Shown: positions 45,019 through 54,328, counted from the stretch's first letter. The stretch is DNA of 64,000 nucleotides from a virus (IMGVR_UViG_3300033066_001910:809-64808); one strand, 5' to 3'. Numbers and translations are program-made. Notes: generated from the sequence alone by a model not told the origin.

Positions 45019-45350
45019 TAGTAGAAGACCTCCACGCGCACGGTCGCGCCGGTGCCGGTGACGTTGGCTGTCGTAACGTAGTAATACGGATAGACGGCCG
45101 TACTGGTGGTAGCCACGTCTTGGTCACGCGTTGTGTCAGACAGCGTAATAGTCGCCACGAGGACACCATTGGCGTTTTCGATCGTGCGACAGCCGTAGAT
45201 GGTAACGGTTGCTGTGACGGCGCCAGTGCCAACGACCTCGGCCCAAAAGGTTTTGTACCCGGCGCGACCGCGAACCGTCTGGGTGGTTGTATTTGTCGTA
45301 ATACCGGCCGCCAGTGTGACGATATCGGTTGGGCGAGAGATCTCAAGCAT
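45018..45350 (-). CDS. small beta-sandwich virion protein (110 aa)
   Basis: AGGAGG SD; Thr/Val-rich; follows the capsid genes. Confidence 0.65.
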   Translation of the reverse strand: MLEISRPTDIVTLAAGITTNTTTQTVRGRAGYKTFWAEVVGTGAVTATVTIYGCRTIENANGVLVATITLSDTTRDQDVATTSTAVYPYYYVTTANVTGTGATVRVEVFY

Positions 45351-45370
45351 GCGGCCTCCTGTGAGAAACG

Positions 45371-45404
45371 ACGGCTGCTATCAGTGTGACCCGATAGCAG
45401 CCGT
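45371..45404 (-). terminator. intrinsic terminator after the capsid/decoration genes
   Basis: Perfect 12-bp stem ACGGCTGCTATC/GATAGCAGCCGT, then CGTTTCT on the - strand. Confidence 0.6.
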
Positions 45405-45426
45405 ACGCTCTGTGTGCTGTCGGGCG

Positions 45427-45852
45427 TTAGACGCCGATGGCAAAGACGCGGACACCGGTAATCGTAGACAGATCGTTGGTGTCAGGTACTTGCTTCAGGG
45501 CGCCGAAGTTGTGCGTGGCCGAGCCGCCGCTGTTGGTCAGACTGACGCTGATCGTACTGGCGCCGGGGCCAGCAGCAACCGGAAAGTCGTCCATGGTGGC
45601 GGCGCCGGCGGCACCGACGCTGACGCCCTGGCTGTAGGCCAGGACTTTGCTATTGGTGTAGTCGTACTCGAAGACGAGGCCCGACTTGCCGTGGATTTGG
45701 ATCAGGTCGATGGTCTTCATGCCAAGGTCGGCGGCCGTCAAGGACTCGCCGCCCGTCGGGTACGAGCTGTCAAAGGCGATGGTAGCGCGGGCATAGCGTA
45801 GATTCCCGAAGTACCCAGTCCAATCGCCCGTCCGTGTGACTGTTAAACCCAT
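45427..45852 (-). CDS. capsid decoration/minor head protein (141 aa)
   Basis: FDSSYPTGGESLT..G...YDY..K..Y pattern; AAGGAG SD. Confidence 0.7.
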   Translation of the reverse strand: MGLTVTRTGDWTGYFGNLRYARATIAFDSSYPTGGESLTAADLGMKTIDLIQIHGKSGLVFEYDYTNSKVLAYSQGVSVGAAGAATMDDFPVAAGPGASTISVSLTNSGGSATHNFGALKQVPDTNDLSTITGVRVFAIGV

Positions 45853-45900
45853 GGTCGTCTCCTTGTAGGCCGTAAAGGGTGAATCGCGCGGACGTGCCGA

Positions 45901-46689
45901 CTACGGCGATCCGCCGGGTCCTGCGCTGGCCAACAGTTTGAGACGTACGGGGATGCGCGGTACGACCTCGTCGGTGCTGCCCGACGCCATCGCGATACCG
46001 ACCCACAGTTCTTGCCCGTCGGAGCCAAAGGCGTCCACGATGGCCGCGCCGGCGACCACTGGGTCGCCTTCGGTGATGGCATTAGTTCCGCCGTTCGCCA
46101 TGGTGACGCCTTCGAACTGGATCCAGCCGTACTTGCCGGCGTCGATCCCGTTTTTGCCCACCACGACGCCATGCACAGTCCAGGCTTCGTCGCCGTCGGC
46201 CGCGGCTTCGGCCTGGTAGGTGCCGATGAGCTCGAGGTCGTCGTTGGCGGCGAGGGCGACCGACAGGGGGTATTGCTTGGCCAAGTCGATGCGCGTGGCC
46301 GTGTTGCGATCGACGATGGACGCTTCGCCCTCCGGCGCGATACCAGTGCCTTGGGCGCTGTCCAAAACGAAGCAGATCATGCCGTCGTGACGGCCGGCGG
46401 TCAGGCCGGACGTAATGGCATGCGTGGTGCTGCCGGAGGTGATGTTCGACACCGTGGTGGTGACGACGTTGGCGCCGTCGGAGACGATGGCCTGCAGGCT
46501 CCCGAGGGCCAGAGCGGCGGAGGCATGGACGTTCTTGCAATACTTGACCAGACGGTAGCCGAAGGCATCGCGAATCCAGCTGATGGTGCCGGGCTCGGCC
46601 TGCGGCACGGTGTCATTGCCGGACAGGTCATTGCTGCCCATTCCGGCGAGATTACCGACGCGGAAGAAGAAATCGCTTGAGCTAGACAT
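45901..46689 (-). CDS. capsid cement/decoration protein (262 aa)
   Basis: GYRLVKY..; GVVV...AGKYGWIQ..G pattern; AAGGA SD. Confidence 0.7.
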   Translation of the reverse strand: MSSSSDFFFRVGNLAGMGSNDLSGNDTVPQAEPGTISWIRDAFGYRLVKYCKNVHASAALALGSLQAIVSDGANVVTTTVSNITSGSTTHAITSGLTAGRHDGMICFVLDSAQGTGIAPEGEASIVDRNTATRIDLAKQYPLSVALAANDDLELIGTYQAEAAADGDEAWTVHGVVVGKNGIDAGKYGWIQFEGVTMANGGTNAITEGDPVVAGAAIVDAFGSDGQELWVGIAMASGSTDEVVPRIPVRLKLLASAGPGGSP

Positions 46690-47110
46690 GGGTATCCTTT
46701 CTGCCGCCAGGATCGCTGGAAACAGCAGCAGTGACGGGAATGATGAGGCCGCGACGTTCGACGTAATTGCCGAGGGCGCGGTGCTTCAGGGTCGCCAGGT
46801 GAGTGTGCCTGGTCTTGGGGGCGGGCAGACGCCCGCCGGTTTGCCGTTTGGCATAGGCGATCAACGTCGCCACGTCGAACTCATGGCGGTGGTTGGCGCC
46901 GCGGCAGATGGTGATACGACCGGCCTGCTGCTCAAGGGCGGCACGGCTGACGTACATGGCGACCGCCAGGCATCCGCCTTGGTCGCAGGTGCCCCAATCA
47001 GGTGGGATCCCGTCGACAAAGAAAGTCCGGTCGTCCCGGAGGCCTTGTACTTGGGCCTCCGAGATCGCCAGTTCACGGATGAGGTTGCGGTAGCGTTCGT
47101 GCGCCATCAA
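46682..47110 (-). CDS. hypothetical protein in frame with the capsid stop codon (142 aa)
   Basis: Begins immediately after the capsid TAA in the same frame. Confidence 0.6.
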   Translation of the reverse strand: MMAHERYRNLIRELAISEAQVQGLRDDRTFFVDGIPPDWGTCDQGGCLAVAMYVSRAALEQQAGRITICRGANHRHEFDVATLIAYAKRQTGGRLPAPKTRHTHLATLKHRALGNYVERRGLIIPVTAAVSSDPGGRKDTHV

Positions 47111-48073
47111 TTACCCCGTGATGCCGGTCATGACGAACTGGAAGCGCGGCGCGCGGCACACCAGGTTACACCAGGTGATGAGCTGGCCGATCTGCTTCTG
47201 TTGGTTCGTCGGTTCCATGAAACCCCGGAAGCGGAAGTCCCACTTCGGGTGGACATAGAACTCGAAGTAGTCCGTGTTCAGGCCGTAGATGTAGCCCGTC
47301 GGGACGTGGCTGTCGACGGTGACGATCGCGCTGTTGAAGCGGACCGTCTCGTAGCCGATCTCGCGCAGGTCACCGGAGGTGTTGCGCTCGGACGGCTGCG
47401 ACCGTTCCCAGATGGTGTTCCAGATCGCCTGCGTGGTGACGAGCAGGTCGGGCTTGATCCGGCCCTGGACGGCTGCACCGAAGTTGGTGTTCAGCTGGGC
47501 GAAGGAGAGCACACCGCCCGTGGTGTCCTCGGCGGCAGCGAGGATGCTGTAGCCGGGGTCGGTCTGCGTGGTTGAGCGGGTGAGCCCGCCGTAGGACACG
47601 CTGGTGGATCGGCTGATGGCATTGGCCAGACCGTCGAGGTCACGGCCGCTGTTGCCGGAGCCGTCGCCGAAGATCTGAGTGCCCATTTCGTCCACGAGGG
47701 ACAACTCACCATTTTCCATCGCGCTGTCGACCAGGTCGAAGACGGCCTCTGGGCTGTCGTTCAAGTCGATGTCGATGACGTCCAGATTGACCGGCGCATA
47801 CAAGTACTTCCAGTCGAACGTCAACGTGGTGGCGAATTCGCGGCTGGTCGTGTCGAATTCGGTCCCACGGCCGTAGGACTGGGCCGGGAAGCCGGCATAG
47901 ATGTGGCTGACGCGGATCTCCGTTCCGCCTTTGACCTTAACGGAGTTCTTCTTGTACAGCCGCGCGATCAGCGGAGCCGACTTGAAAAACCCGTCGATCA
48001 GATCTTTGCGGCGAGATTCCGCCGTCGCCGAATAGAAGGTGTTTTGCACTTGCGTCCGTGTGGGCAATGCCAT
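47111..48073 (-). CDS. major capsid protein (HK97-fold, 320 aa)
   Basis: AAGGAG SD; downstream of scaffold; GDGSGNSGRDLDGL, KPDLLVTT, Y.LNTDY..NLVC..PR pattern. Confidence 0.85.
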   Translation of the reverse strand: MALPTRTQVQNTFYSATAESRRKDLIDGFFKSAPLIARLYKKNSVKVKGGTEIRVSHIYAGFPAQSYGRGTEFDTTSREFATTLTFDWKYLYAPVNLDVIDIDLNDSPEAVFDLVDSAMENGELSLVDEMGTQIFGDGSGNSGRDLDGLANAISRSTSVSYGGLTRSTTQTDPGYSILAAAEDTTGGVLSFAQLNTNFGAAVQGRIKPDLLVTTQAIWNTIWERSQPSERNTSGDLREIGYETVRFNSAIVTVDSHVPTGYIYGLNTDYFEFYVHPKWDFRFRGFMEPTNQQKQIGQLITWCNLVCRAPRFQFVMTGITG

Positions 48074-48116
48074 GTGAATGCTCCTTGGTTACTGTGATGC
48101 CCGCACGGACGTCACG

Positions 48117-49034
48117 TTACCGACCGTTGAACAGCGACTGCACCCCTTCAGTCCCGTGTTCGGACTTAATGGTCTGCAGGACGCTGCCCATGCGGTCTTC
48201 GCGTGACGGAGGCGGGGCATCGGCTTTGGTGGACGTCGACAACGTGAACGGCCGAGTGCCGGTCAACATGGCGGCGTCCTGTTTCTCGCGCTCGGCGATT
48301 TTCGTCTCGTATTCCTTGGTACGGGCTTCGTAGTCGGCCAACTTCTTCCGCATCTCGAGTTGCTGATTGGCGACTTCCATGGGATCGATGTTGCGCGGAT
48401 CGGCGTACTTCAACGCTTCGGTGTGCCAGTCGCGCATTTCGGCGATTTTGTCGGCCGGAAGGGCCCGTTCGAGCGTCTTCCAGAGGACGTCGCTGAAGGA
48501 CTTCTGGTGATTGAGCAAGGCGTCTTCGACCTGCTTGGCCCGGCCCAGCAAGGCGGTTTCGACCTGCTTGCCGAACTGTTGCTGCCAGGGGGCGATGGCC
48601 GTTTCCTGGACTTGGCGGCTGACCTGTTCGGCGAGCGCACGTTGTTCTTCGGGCGTGAGCAGATTCATGAGGGCAGCCTGCGCACCGGCGGCCTGGCCGT
48701 TGGCCGGTTGTCCCTGTGCGTGGCTGTAGGCGGCGCCTGGGTAGGTGCCGGGCTGGCCGTTATAGCCGTAGGCTTGCGCTTGCGGCTGAGCTTGACGTTG
48801 CGCGGGTTGGCTCATCATCTGCTGGATGCCCTGGTAGTTCTGCTGATACCACTGCAGGATCGGCGTGGCTTGCTGCAAGTACGTCTGCTGTGCTTCGGCT
48901 TGCTTGCGCAGTTCGCCCAATTGCTTGCTTTGGTCGCCGAACTTCTTGTGCAGCTCGGCGATACCCTTTTCGGCCTCCTCCATCGTCTCGTACTTCCCGA
49001 AGAGGAGATCTTTTTTGTCAACTTTGTCGGCCAT
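48117..49034 (-). CDS. scaffolding protein (305 aa)
   Basis: GKYETMEEAEKG..EL.KK.G N-terminus; Q/A-rich coiled coil; directly upstream of the capsid gene. Confidence 0.75.
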   Translation of the reverse strand: MADKVDKKDLLFGKYETMEEAEKGIAELHKKFGDQSKQLGELRKQAEAQQTYLQQATPILQWYQQNYQGIQQMMSQPAQRQAQPQAQAYGYNGQPGTYPGAAYSHAQGQPANGQAAGAQAALMNLLTPEEQRALAEQVSRQVQETAIAPWQQQFGKQVETALLGRAKQVEDALLNHQKSFSDVLWKTLERALPADKIAEMRDWHTEALKYADPRNIDPMEVANQQLEMRKKLADYEARTKEYETKIAEREKQDAAMLTGTRPFTLSTSTKADAPPPSREDRMGSVLQTIKSEHGTEGVQSLFNGR

Positions 49035-49078
49035 GGTGTCCTTTGGCTGCCGGTATCATCGGGGCACGCCGATGGCGG

Positions 49079-49351
49079 TCAGTCTGCGAGCGGAAGACCG
49101 AGAATCATGGCGCGGGCTGCGGAGAGACGGGACCGCAACGTATCGCTTGATTCCCGGCGAATGGCGTCCTCCAAAGCAGTGACGGCGCGTGCCGTGTCGC
49201 CCATACTGCCTCCGGGACGTTGGGCCAGCAGTTCGGTCAATCGACTGGGCAAGCCGGCGGTTGTGGCGGCCGTATCGGTCAGGCCGTCAACCACCGGAAG
49301 CGACGAGTCGTCTGCCTCGTCATCGTCGTGTTCGTAACTGCCGTCCGACAT
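49079..49351 (-). CDS. acidic hypothetical protein (90 aa)
   Basis: AAGGAG upstream. Confidence 0.55.
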   Translation of the reverse strand: MSDGSYEHDDDEADDSSLPVVDGLTDTAATTAGLPSRLTELLAQRPGGSMGDTARAVTALEDAIRRESSDTLRSRLSAARAMILGLPLAD

Positions 49352-49354
49352 GAA

Positions 49355-49492
49355 CTACTCCTTGGGGCGATTGGTCCGTTTGGTGGACACGCTGTCCATG
49401 CTGGACCGCAGGGGAGAGCCTTTGAACAAGCCTTCCTTGCTGGTCGGCATGCCGCGCTTTTCGGTCGTGACGTTCGATGACGGTTTCGCCAT
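49355..49492 (-). CDS. small basic peptide (45 aa)
   Basis: Manual translation MAKPSSNVTTEKRG...; GGAGGA SD. Confidence 0.5.
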   Translation of the reverse strand: MAKPSSNVTTEKRGMPTSKEGLFKGSPLRSSMDSVSTKRTNRPKE

Positions 49493-49663
49493 GGGATCCT
49501 CCGGGTGGTTAGCGGCTCAGGTAACGGGCAGACGACCGCGTCAAGAGCCGCATTGGACGCTGTCGTGCGGACAGGCGGCCCGTCAGCTGACGCTGGCGGA
49601 TCGACTGGCGCAAGGTGGAATCTTTGAGCATGGTGGAACGTGGATTGGCCAGTATGCCGCGCA

Positions 49664-50275
49664 TTAGACCATGCCTCCGGCTTGGCCCATCATTTGTTTG
49701 AGCAGCATCGGGACGACGCCGCCTCCGGCGATCGGAGGGCCGCCCGGAGGCGGGCCCATAGGGGCCGGACCCATTGGAGGCTGGGCTGCCGCAAGCGCAG
49801 ACATCGGCGCTGGGGAGTTCAACGGCGATGGGCCGGGCGGAGGTCCGGGAGGCGGCGGACCAGGAGCGGCGCCAGGCATACCAGCAGGTCCGGCTGCGGA
49901 GCCCTGTTGGGCTTGCAGCTTCGAGAGCATGATGAGTTTGTCGATGTCACCGAGTTGGCCGTTGAGCATGTCGGCGGCGCCTGGGACCATGCCGGCCATT
50001 GGAGCCATGCCGGTTTGTTGGGACTTTTGGCCTTTGCGTGACAGGCCGAGCACCTGCGAGAGCTCGCGGAGGCCGAGGCCGGCAAGCATGCCGGTGGCGA
50101 AGGTCGTGTCGGAGTCACTGCCACCCGCGGGCGGAGCCGGCATCGGCGGGGCAGCCATGCCGGGCGGCATGCCGGCCATCGGGCCCATCGGGCCAGGGCC
50201 AGCCATCGGGCCGGGAGCACCGGGCGGTGGACCGGCGGGAGCACCAGGAGGCATGCCGGGCGGTGGTGTGAGCAT
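49664..50275 (-). CDS. Pro/Gly/Met-rich disordered head-region protein (203 aa)
   Basis: AGGAG SD; PPPG repeats. Confidence 0.7.
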   Translation of the reverse strand: MLTPPPGMPPGAPAGPPPGAPGPMAGPGPMGPMAGMPPGMAAPPMPAPPAGGSDSDTTFATGMLAGLGLRELSQVLGLSRKGQKSQQTGMAPMAGMVPGAADMLNGQLGDIDKLIMLSKLQAQQGSAAGPAGMPGAAPGPPPPGPPPGPSPLNSPAPMSALAAAQPPMGPAPMGPPPGGPPIAGGGVVPMLLKQMMGQAGGMV

Positions 50276-50426
50276 ACGTATGTCTCCTAACGGAATTGTA
50301 CGGTCGTGTCAAGTACTGCAGGGCAAGTACGTATGGCCGTACGATAGCAGAGCGGGCGGGTAGACGCAAGACGGCCCGCCGGCGATGGGCCGGCAGGCCA
50401 ACGGGGTGAACGCCGTGGGGTGACGG

Positions 50427-50927
50427 CTAGCGGAGCCCGACGGTACGGAGACGGGCGACTTCGGCGGCGGAGACGACGAGGCGGCGCTTGCCGCGGCGGG
50501 TGGCTTGCAGGAAGCCTTGGCGGTAGCGGGTCAGGATGGTGTGATAGGGCACGCCGAATTCAGCGGCGACTTGATGCAGCGTGTAGCTGGGGCCGTCCGT
50601 CGGGATGACGATCGACGCTGACGCGGGCATCGGCTTGACGACGAGCGCTGGCTTGGGCTTGATGCGGACGAGCTTGTACTGGCCGGTCGCGAGGTCGTCC
50701 ATGAATTCGCGGAGGTGGCGGGCTTTCAGGCGCGGGCCGAAGGTGGCACGGAGGCCGTCGAAGGTGGCCCGGCTGATGACGATGTGGGTGCCGCCGGTGT
50801 ACTTTTCACGACACAAGGCACGGGCAGCATCCATGTCGGCTTTGGTGCGGCCGCGCGCGAGGGTGCGCAGGTCGATAACGTCGGCCGTGGGGGTAGGTTG
50901 GCACAGTTGGTCGGCAAGTGATTGCAT
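50427..50927 (-). CDS. DNA-binding protein with a C-terminal MerR/excisionase-type HTH (166 aa)
   Basis: AGGAGG SD; YTLHQVAAEFGVPYHTILTRYRQG..V...EV. Confidence 0.7.
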   Translation of the reverse strand: MQSLADQLCQPTPTADVIDLRTLARGRTKADMDAARALCREKYTGGTHIVISRATFDGLRATFGPRLKARHLREFMDDLATGQYKLVRIKPKPALVVKPMPASASIVIPTDGPSYTLHQVAAEFGVPYHTILTRYRQGFLQATRRGKRRLVVSAAEVARLRTVGLR

Positions 50928-50940
50928 ACAGTCCTCCTGG

Positions 50941-51153
50941 TTAGATTTGGGCACGGAGATGTTGGCGACGGCGTTCAGCCTGTTCGGCGGCCCGCTCGAG
51001 CGCACGTTCGAGCGCCGCAGTGTCGAGTCCGTCCCATGAGGGCCTCCAGGCATCGATATCGACAGTCCCGTTGGGATGAACGCGGTAATAATGCGCGCGC
51101 GGCTCGCAGCCGGCGGCCAGCGCGATGAGCACGGTGAATATGAGTAGTTTCAT
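50941..51153 (-). CDS. small lipoprotein (70 aa)
   Basis: GGAGG SD; MKLLIFTVLIALAAG|C. Confidence 0.7.
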   Translation of the reverse strand: MKLLIFTVLIALAAGCEPRAHYYRVHPNGTVDIDAWRPSWDGLDTAALERALERAAEQAERRRQHLRAQI

Positions 51154-51178
51154 GGAAGGACCTCCCGCAGCCAGGGGG

Positions 51179-51361
51179 TCATTGGGGCACCTGCTTTCGT
51201 GCTTCAATAACGTATTCGAGCCCCACGCTACCAATATCTGTATAAACGTATGGATCGCCTAGTGGCCCACACGGGACATGGTACTGAACGGTGCCAATTA
51301 CTAACTTGCCATTCAGATAAAACCGCACCCAACTACCTATTGGCACATCCTCAAATGTCAT
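51179..51361 (-). CDS. small beta-barrel-like protein (60 aa)
   Basis: GAGGA SD; ORF track. Confidence 0.55.
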   Translation of the reverse strand: MTFEDVPIGSWVRFYLNGKLVIGTVQYHVPCGPLGDPYVYTDIGSVGLEYVIEARKQVPQ

Positions 51362-51403
51362 CCCACCCTCCCATCCCTTGCCGGTGCGTGAGTAAGGCGG
51401 CGA

Positions 51404-51943
51404 TTATGGAAAACCGCGAGAACCAAGCTCCCAGCCGTCAAGCTGGTCCTGCAATGCCTTGTTAGCTTCCTCCAACTCCTGCACCTTGAGACGCAAGGCG
51501 TCTCGTTCCTGCTGTGCCTCAACACACTCAATCCGTAGAGCCTTATTCCTATCAACGAGATTGACCGCGTTTGATTCTAATTGCTTGATGTGTTCTCGCA
51601 AGGCGGCGTCCTTCAGTACGCCTTTCATGCTAGTTACTCCTGCTTCCTCGCACATTCTGATTATGTGATTCGCCGAGTCAATTTTGAAGAAGGCTGATTC
51701 ACTTGCCACGATACGTCTTGCCAGCATGTGACAATTCTCAAGCCCGCGCCGCAGCCGCGCATTCTCGGCGCGAAGGGCCTGCGAGTGCAGGTCTTTCACA
51801 TAATCTAATCGCTGCCATACGGGACCAATAAACCTCTCCGCTTCGTCCTGGCTGGAAAATGTATACGCTAATGGGCAGTCCAGCAACTCAACAAGGTAGC
51901 CGTCATGAACCTTACGGATCACAACCTCGTTCTGCTCACTCAT
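51404..51943 (-). CDS. coiled-coil hypothetical protein (179 aa)
   Basis: GGAGGA SD before MSEQ. Confidence 0.6.
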   Translation of the reverse strand: MSEQNEVVIRKVHDGYLVELLDCPLAYTFSSQDEAERFIGPVWQRLDYVKDLHSQALRAENARLRRGLENCHMLARRIVASESAFFKIDSANHIIRMCEEAGVTSMKGVLKDAALREHIKQLESNAVNLVDRNKALRIECVEAQQERDALRLKVQELEEANKALQDQLDGWELGSRGFP

Positions 51944-51965
51944 GATCGTTCCTCCGTGTGGTGGG

Positions 51966-52178
51966 TCAGATAAATCCTTGTTGAATAGCCGATCCTGCCG
52001 CTTCAATCTTGGCGCGATCAACGGACTGTTCCTGCGAATTTTCCCCACCATTGCCATCCCTGTCCCATGTATGCCATGCCCCATTCGGCCAGACCGTGGC
52101 CGCATATCTTTTCCGCCGCCCAACATACAGTCTCCATTCACCGTCCTCTAACAACCACAGGCATAGAGGCCTAGCCAC
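51966..52178 (-). CDS. W-rich small phage protein (70 aa)
   Basis: GTG start overlapping the previous stop; WHTWDRDG..GEN motif. Confidence 0.55.
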   Translation of the reverse strand: MARPLCLWLLEDGEWRLYVGRRKRYAATVWPNGAWHTWDRDGNGGENSQEQSVDRAKIEAAGSAIQQGFI

Positions 52179-52503
52179 TCGACACCGCCTTCCCCGCGTC
52201 CTTGGCGGCCATATTCTCCTTCGCCAGCACAGCAGCCTGTTCACCCATCTGGAGAATCATGGCATCACGGTCCGCAAGCTGCGCCTGGAGCGTGGCAATC
52301 TGCTTCTCATAGTCGAGACAGCCCTGGTTCAATGCTGTGATTTGTTCATCCGTACACTTCTCATACTCAGCCTGATTTGCCACCAACTCCTTCACCTTCT
52401 CCCGCTCCGCATCGAGGGCGCGTTGGGCGTCGGCGTACGATGTCCACTCACCTGTTGGATGCATCCCCAATTCGCCGCTTGGAAATAATCTAAACCTGTC
52501 CAT
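52171..52503 (-). CDS. coiled-coil phage protein (110 aa)
   Basis: HPTGEW..Y.DA pattern; GGGAGT SD. Confidence 0.6.
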   Translation of the reverse strand: MDRFRLFPSGELGMHPTGEWTSYADAQRALDAEREKVKELVANQAEYEKCTDEQITALNQGCLDYEKQIATLQAQLADRDAMILQMGEQAAVLAKENMAAKDAGKAVSSG

Positions 52504-52521
52504 AGATTCACTCCCCTTATA

Positions 52522-52623
52522 CTACTTTGTCCACACAGCGATAAGCCCGATAACTGCGCCCCCGACAAACCCTGCTGCGCAGCCAAATATCGCCAAGGTA
52601 AATATTTGTGATAATGCTTCCAT
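52522..52623 (-). CDS. small membrane peptide (33 aa)
   Basis: Manual translation MEALSQIFTLAIFGCAAGFVGGAVIGLIAVWTK. Confidence 0.45.
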   Translation of the reverse strand: MEALSQIFTLAIFGCAAGFVGGAVIGLIAVWTK

Positions 52624-52640
52624 CCCCGCCGCCTTTCTGC

Positions 52641-52829
52641 TCACCGCTTGTTTGCTAATTCCTCATCCGTCAACCAGTAACAAGGGTGCTCAAGCGCAAG
52701 CTTTGCTAAATCACCCCGCCGCATCTGCTTAATGTTGGCCGTCTTATAGGCGTCACAGTAGAACTCGCCTTGCCAGCAGGTTGCTTGCTGACAGGCTGCA
52801 CAGACCGTTATGAGATCGTCGTCACTCAT
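52641..52829 (-). CDS. small Cys-rich phage protein (62 aa)
   Basis: ITVCAACQQATCWQGEFYC..HP.YW. Confidence 0.7.
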   Translation of the reverse strand: MSDDDLITVCAACQQATCWQGEFYCDAYKTANIKQMRRGDLAKLALEHPCYWLTDEELANKR

Positions 52830-52857
52830 TTCCTGCCGCCTTTCGTGTCAGGTCACT

Positions 52858-53229
52858 TCATCGGACCATCTTCGTTCTGAACACGGCTTGTCCGTAATCG
52901 TGATCCATCGAGTAAATAGCGGTCCCTGTCCACTGCCCCCATTGATCGACCCATACCTGCGTGTCCCTCGTCATCGTATAATCGCCGCCCTTATACCCTG
53001 AGAATGTCGCCCCAACCGCACCCTTGCACCACTTCAGCACATCACGAACCGTTGCGGTTTGCTCAAATGAGTACTTTAGTGCGAGTTCGGCATAGTCACC
53101 ACGAGAACTGTCAATACCGCTTGGCGACGCCCGGCAAAAATCAAACACTACTTCATCTTCGGGGGGCAAGCGCTCCAGCCAATCAATAATCTCGCCTAGT
53201 GTCACCGTTTCGGTTATGCCTTTCATCAC
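52858..53229 (-). CDS. conserved phage protein (~123 aa)
   Basis: TLGEII..L, SRGDY.ELAL, F.GYKGG.Y.M...T.VW motif. Confidence 0.75.
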   Translation of the reverse strand: MMKGITETVTLGEIIDWLERLPPEDEVVFDFCRASPSGIDSSRGDYAELALKYSFEQTATVRDVLKWCKGAVGATFSGYKGGDYTMTRDTQVWVDQWGQWTGTAIYSMDHDYGQAVFRTKMVR

Positions 53230-53597
53230 TCCCCCTCCTCGATCTGTGCGGCGCGGGCGTCGGCCTCTAATAGAAAGAATTGCGCTGTTTCACAAGGCCA
53301 TGGCACCCCACAGACCACACAGCAACCGTGAATCTTTCCTTGAGCATTATCCGCTTCTACTCCACAACAGGCACGATGAGCTGCACAGGCCGCTCGCATA
53401 GCCGCTTCATCCCAAGCGTACTCCTTTGCCTCCGCCTTAGCGCGTCGCAGGGCGGCGTCGTGGTCTGATCGCAACACAAATGCGGTACTGTTATTCATCG
53501 GCACATCATTTACGCCAACATGCCCACCATCTATTGCCATCTGCCCATTCGTTGGAAAGTAACTGTTTATGTATTGCTGCCCCTTGCTCCCCCTCAT
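53226..53597 (-). CDS. hypothetical phage protein (123 aa)
   Basis: ATGA coupling; CVVCGVPWPC motif. Confidence 0.6.
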   Translation of the reverse strand: MRGSKGQQYINSYFPTNGQMAIDGGHVGVNDVPMNNSTAFVLRSDHDAALRRAKAEAKEYAWDEAAMRAACAAHRACCGVEADNAQGKIHGCCVVCGVPWPCETAQFFLLEADARAAQIEEGE

Positions 53598-53824
53598 GTG
53601 CGGCCTTTCTGCAGCGCGGTTAAAATATCGTCACATGCTGTCATGTATCCGTCTTTCCATGCCTCACACGGCTCGGATGGGACGCCTTTACGTGCCGCCT
53701 TCACAATGCGCACGCTGCGGGTGTGCGCGGCCTTCAACAATGACGTTGCGAAATCCTCTAGATCGCCTGAGTAGGTGTCCCATTCCTTGCGCACCTTCTT
53801 CTCCGCCCACCCCGCGTCAGTCAT
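53594..53824 (-). CDS. hypothetical protein (76 aa)
   Basis: ATGA coupling. Confidence 0.6.
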   Translation of the reverse strand: MTDAGWAEKKVRKEWDTYSGDLEDFATSLLKAAHTRSVRIVKAARKGVPSEPCEAWKDGYMTACDDILTALQKGRT

Positions 53825-54074
53825 TATCCACCCCCGTGTAATTACTTAATTCAGCAATGCGTGTCCGTTCGGCTTTGATGAACTGCCGCAAGGCGCGAAT
53901 CGCGCATCGAACGTCCGAAATCGACAGCTCAAGATCGTGACGGTGATAATGGTGCGCTTTCGGCGTCTCACGCTGCATCGACAGGGTAAAGCGACCACGT
54001 CCGTCGTGCGACGACTCATACTTGAAGAACGTGCCGCGGACCTTGACGGATTTGTGGTCGACGAAATGCTTCAT
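53817..54074 (-). CDS. hypothetical protein (85 aa)
   Basis: ATGA coupling with the upstream peptide gene. Confidence 0.55.
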   Translation of the reverse strand: MKHFVDHKSVKVRGTFFKYESSHDGRGRFTLSMQRETPKAHHYHRHDLELSISDVRCAIRALRQFIKAERTRIAELSNYTGVDND

Positions 54075-54193
54075 GCGACACCAAAACCGACGAAGGCCAA
54101 AAAGGCCGCCACGGCGGCGATCCAGGTCCAGACTGGTGGGCTGACGTACCGCACCCACGACGGGGTGCCGTTTAGGCTCGACGGTGTCCTCAT
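54071..54193 (-). CDS. small membrane peptide (40 aa)
   Basis: AGGAGG SD; hydrophobic C-terminus; first gene after the promoter. Confidence 0.55.
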   Translation of the reverse strand: MRTPSSLNGTPSWVRYVSPPVWTWIAAVAAFLAFVGFGVA

Positions 54194-54300
54194 TCGCGTC
54201 CTCCTGGTTGCGTGAGCCAGATGATGCCCAACAGGGCAAACACAAGGGCTACCAACAATAGATACAGTATTTCGTTGATACCAAGTGATTCCATACCTGC

Positions 54301-54328
54301 AGCCTAGCACGGAAGTCCGCCCTGTCAA
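54301..54328 (-). promoter_or_regulatory. sigma70-type promoter for the accessory block
   Basis: TTGACA-N16-TAGGCT with an extended -10 TG (minus strand). Confidence 0.55.

Noticed and set aside
50427-50927. Excisionase implying a temperate lifestyle
   Set aside because: No integrase or repressor/cro switch is visible in the window; an HTH alone is insufficient.
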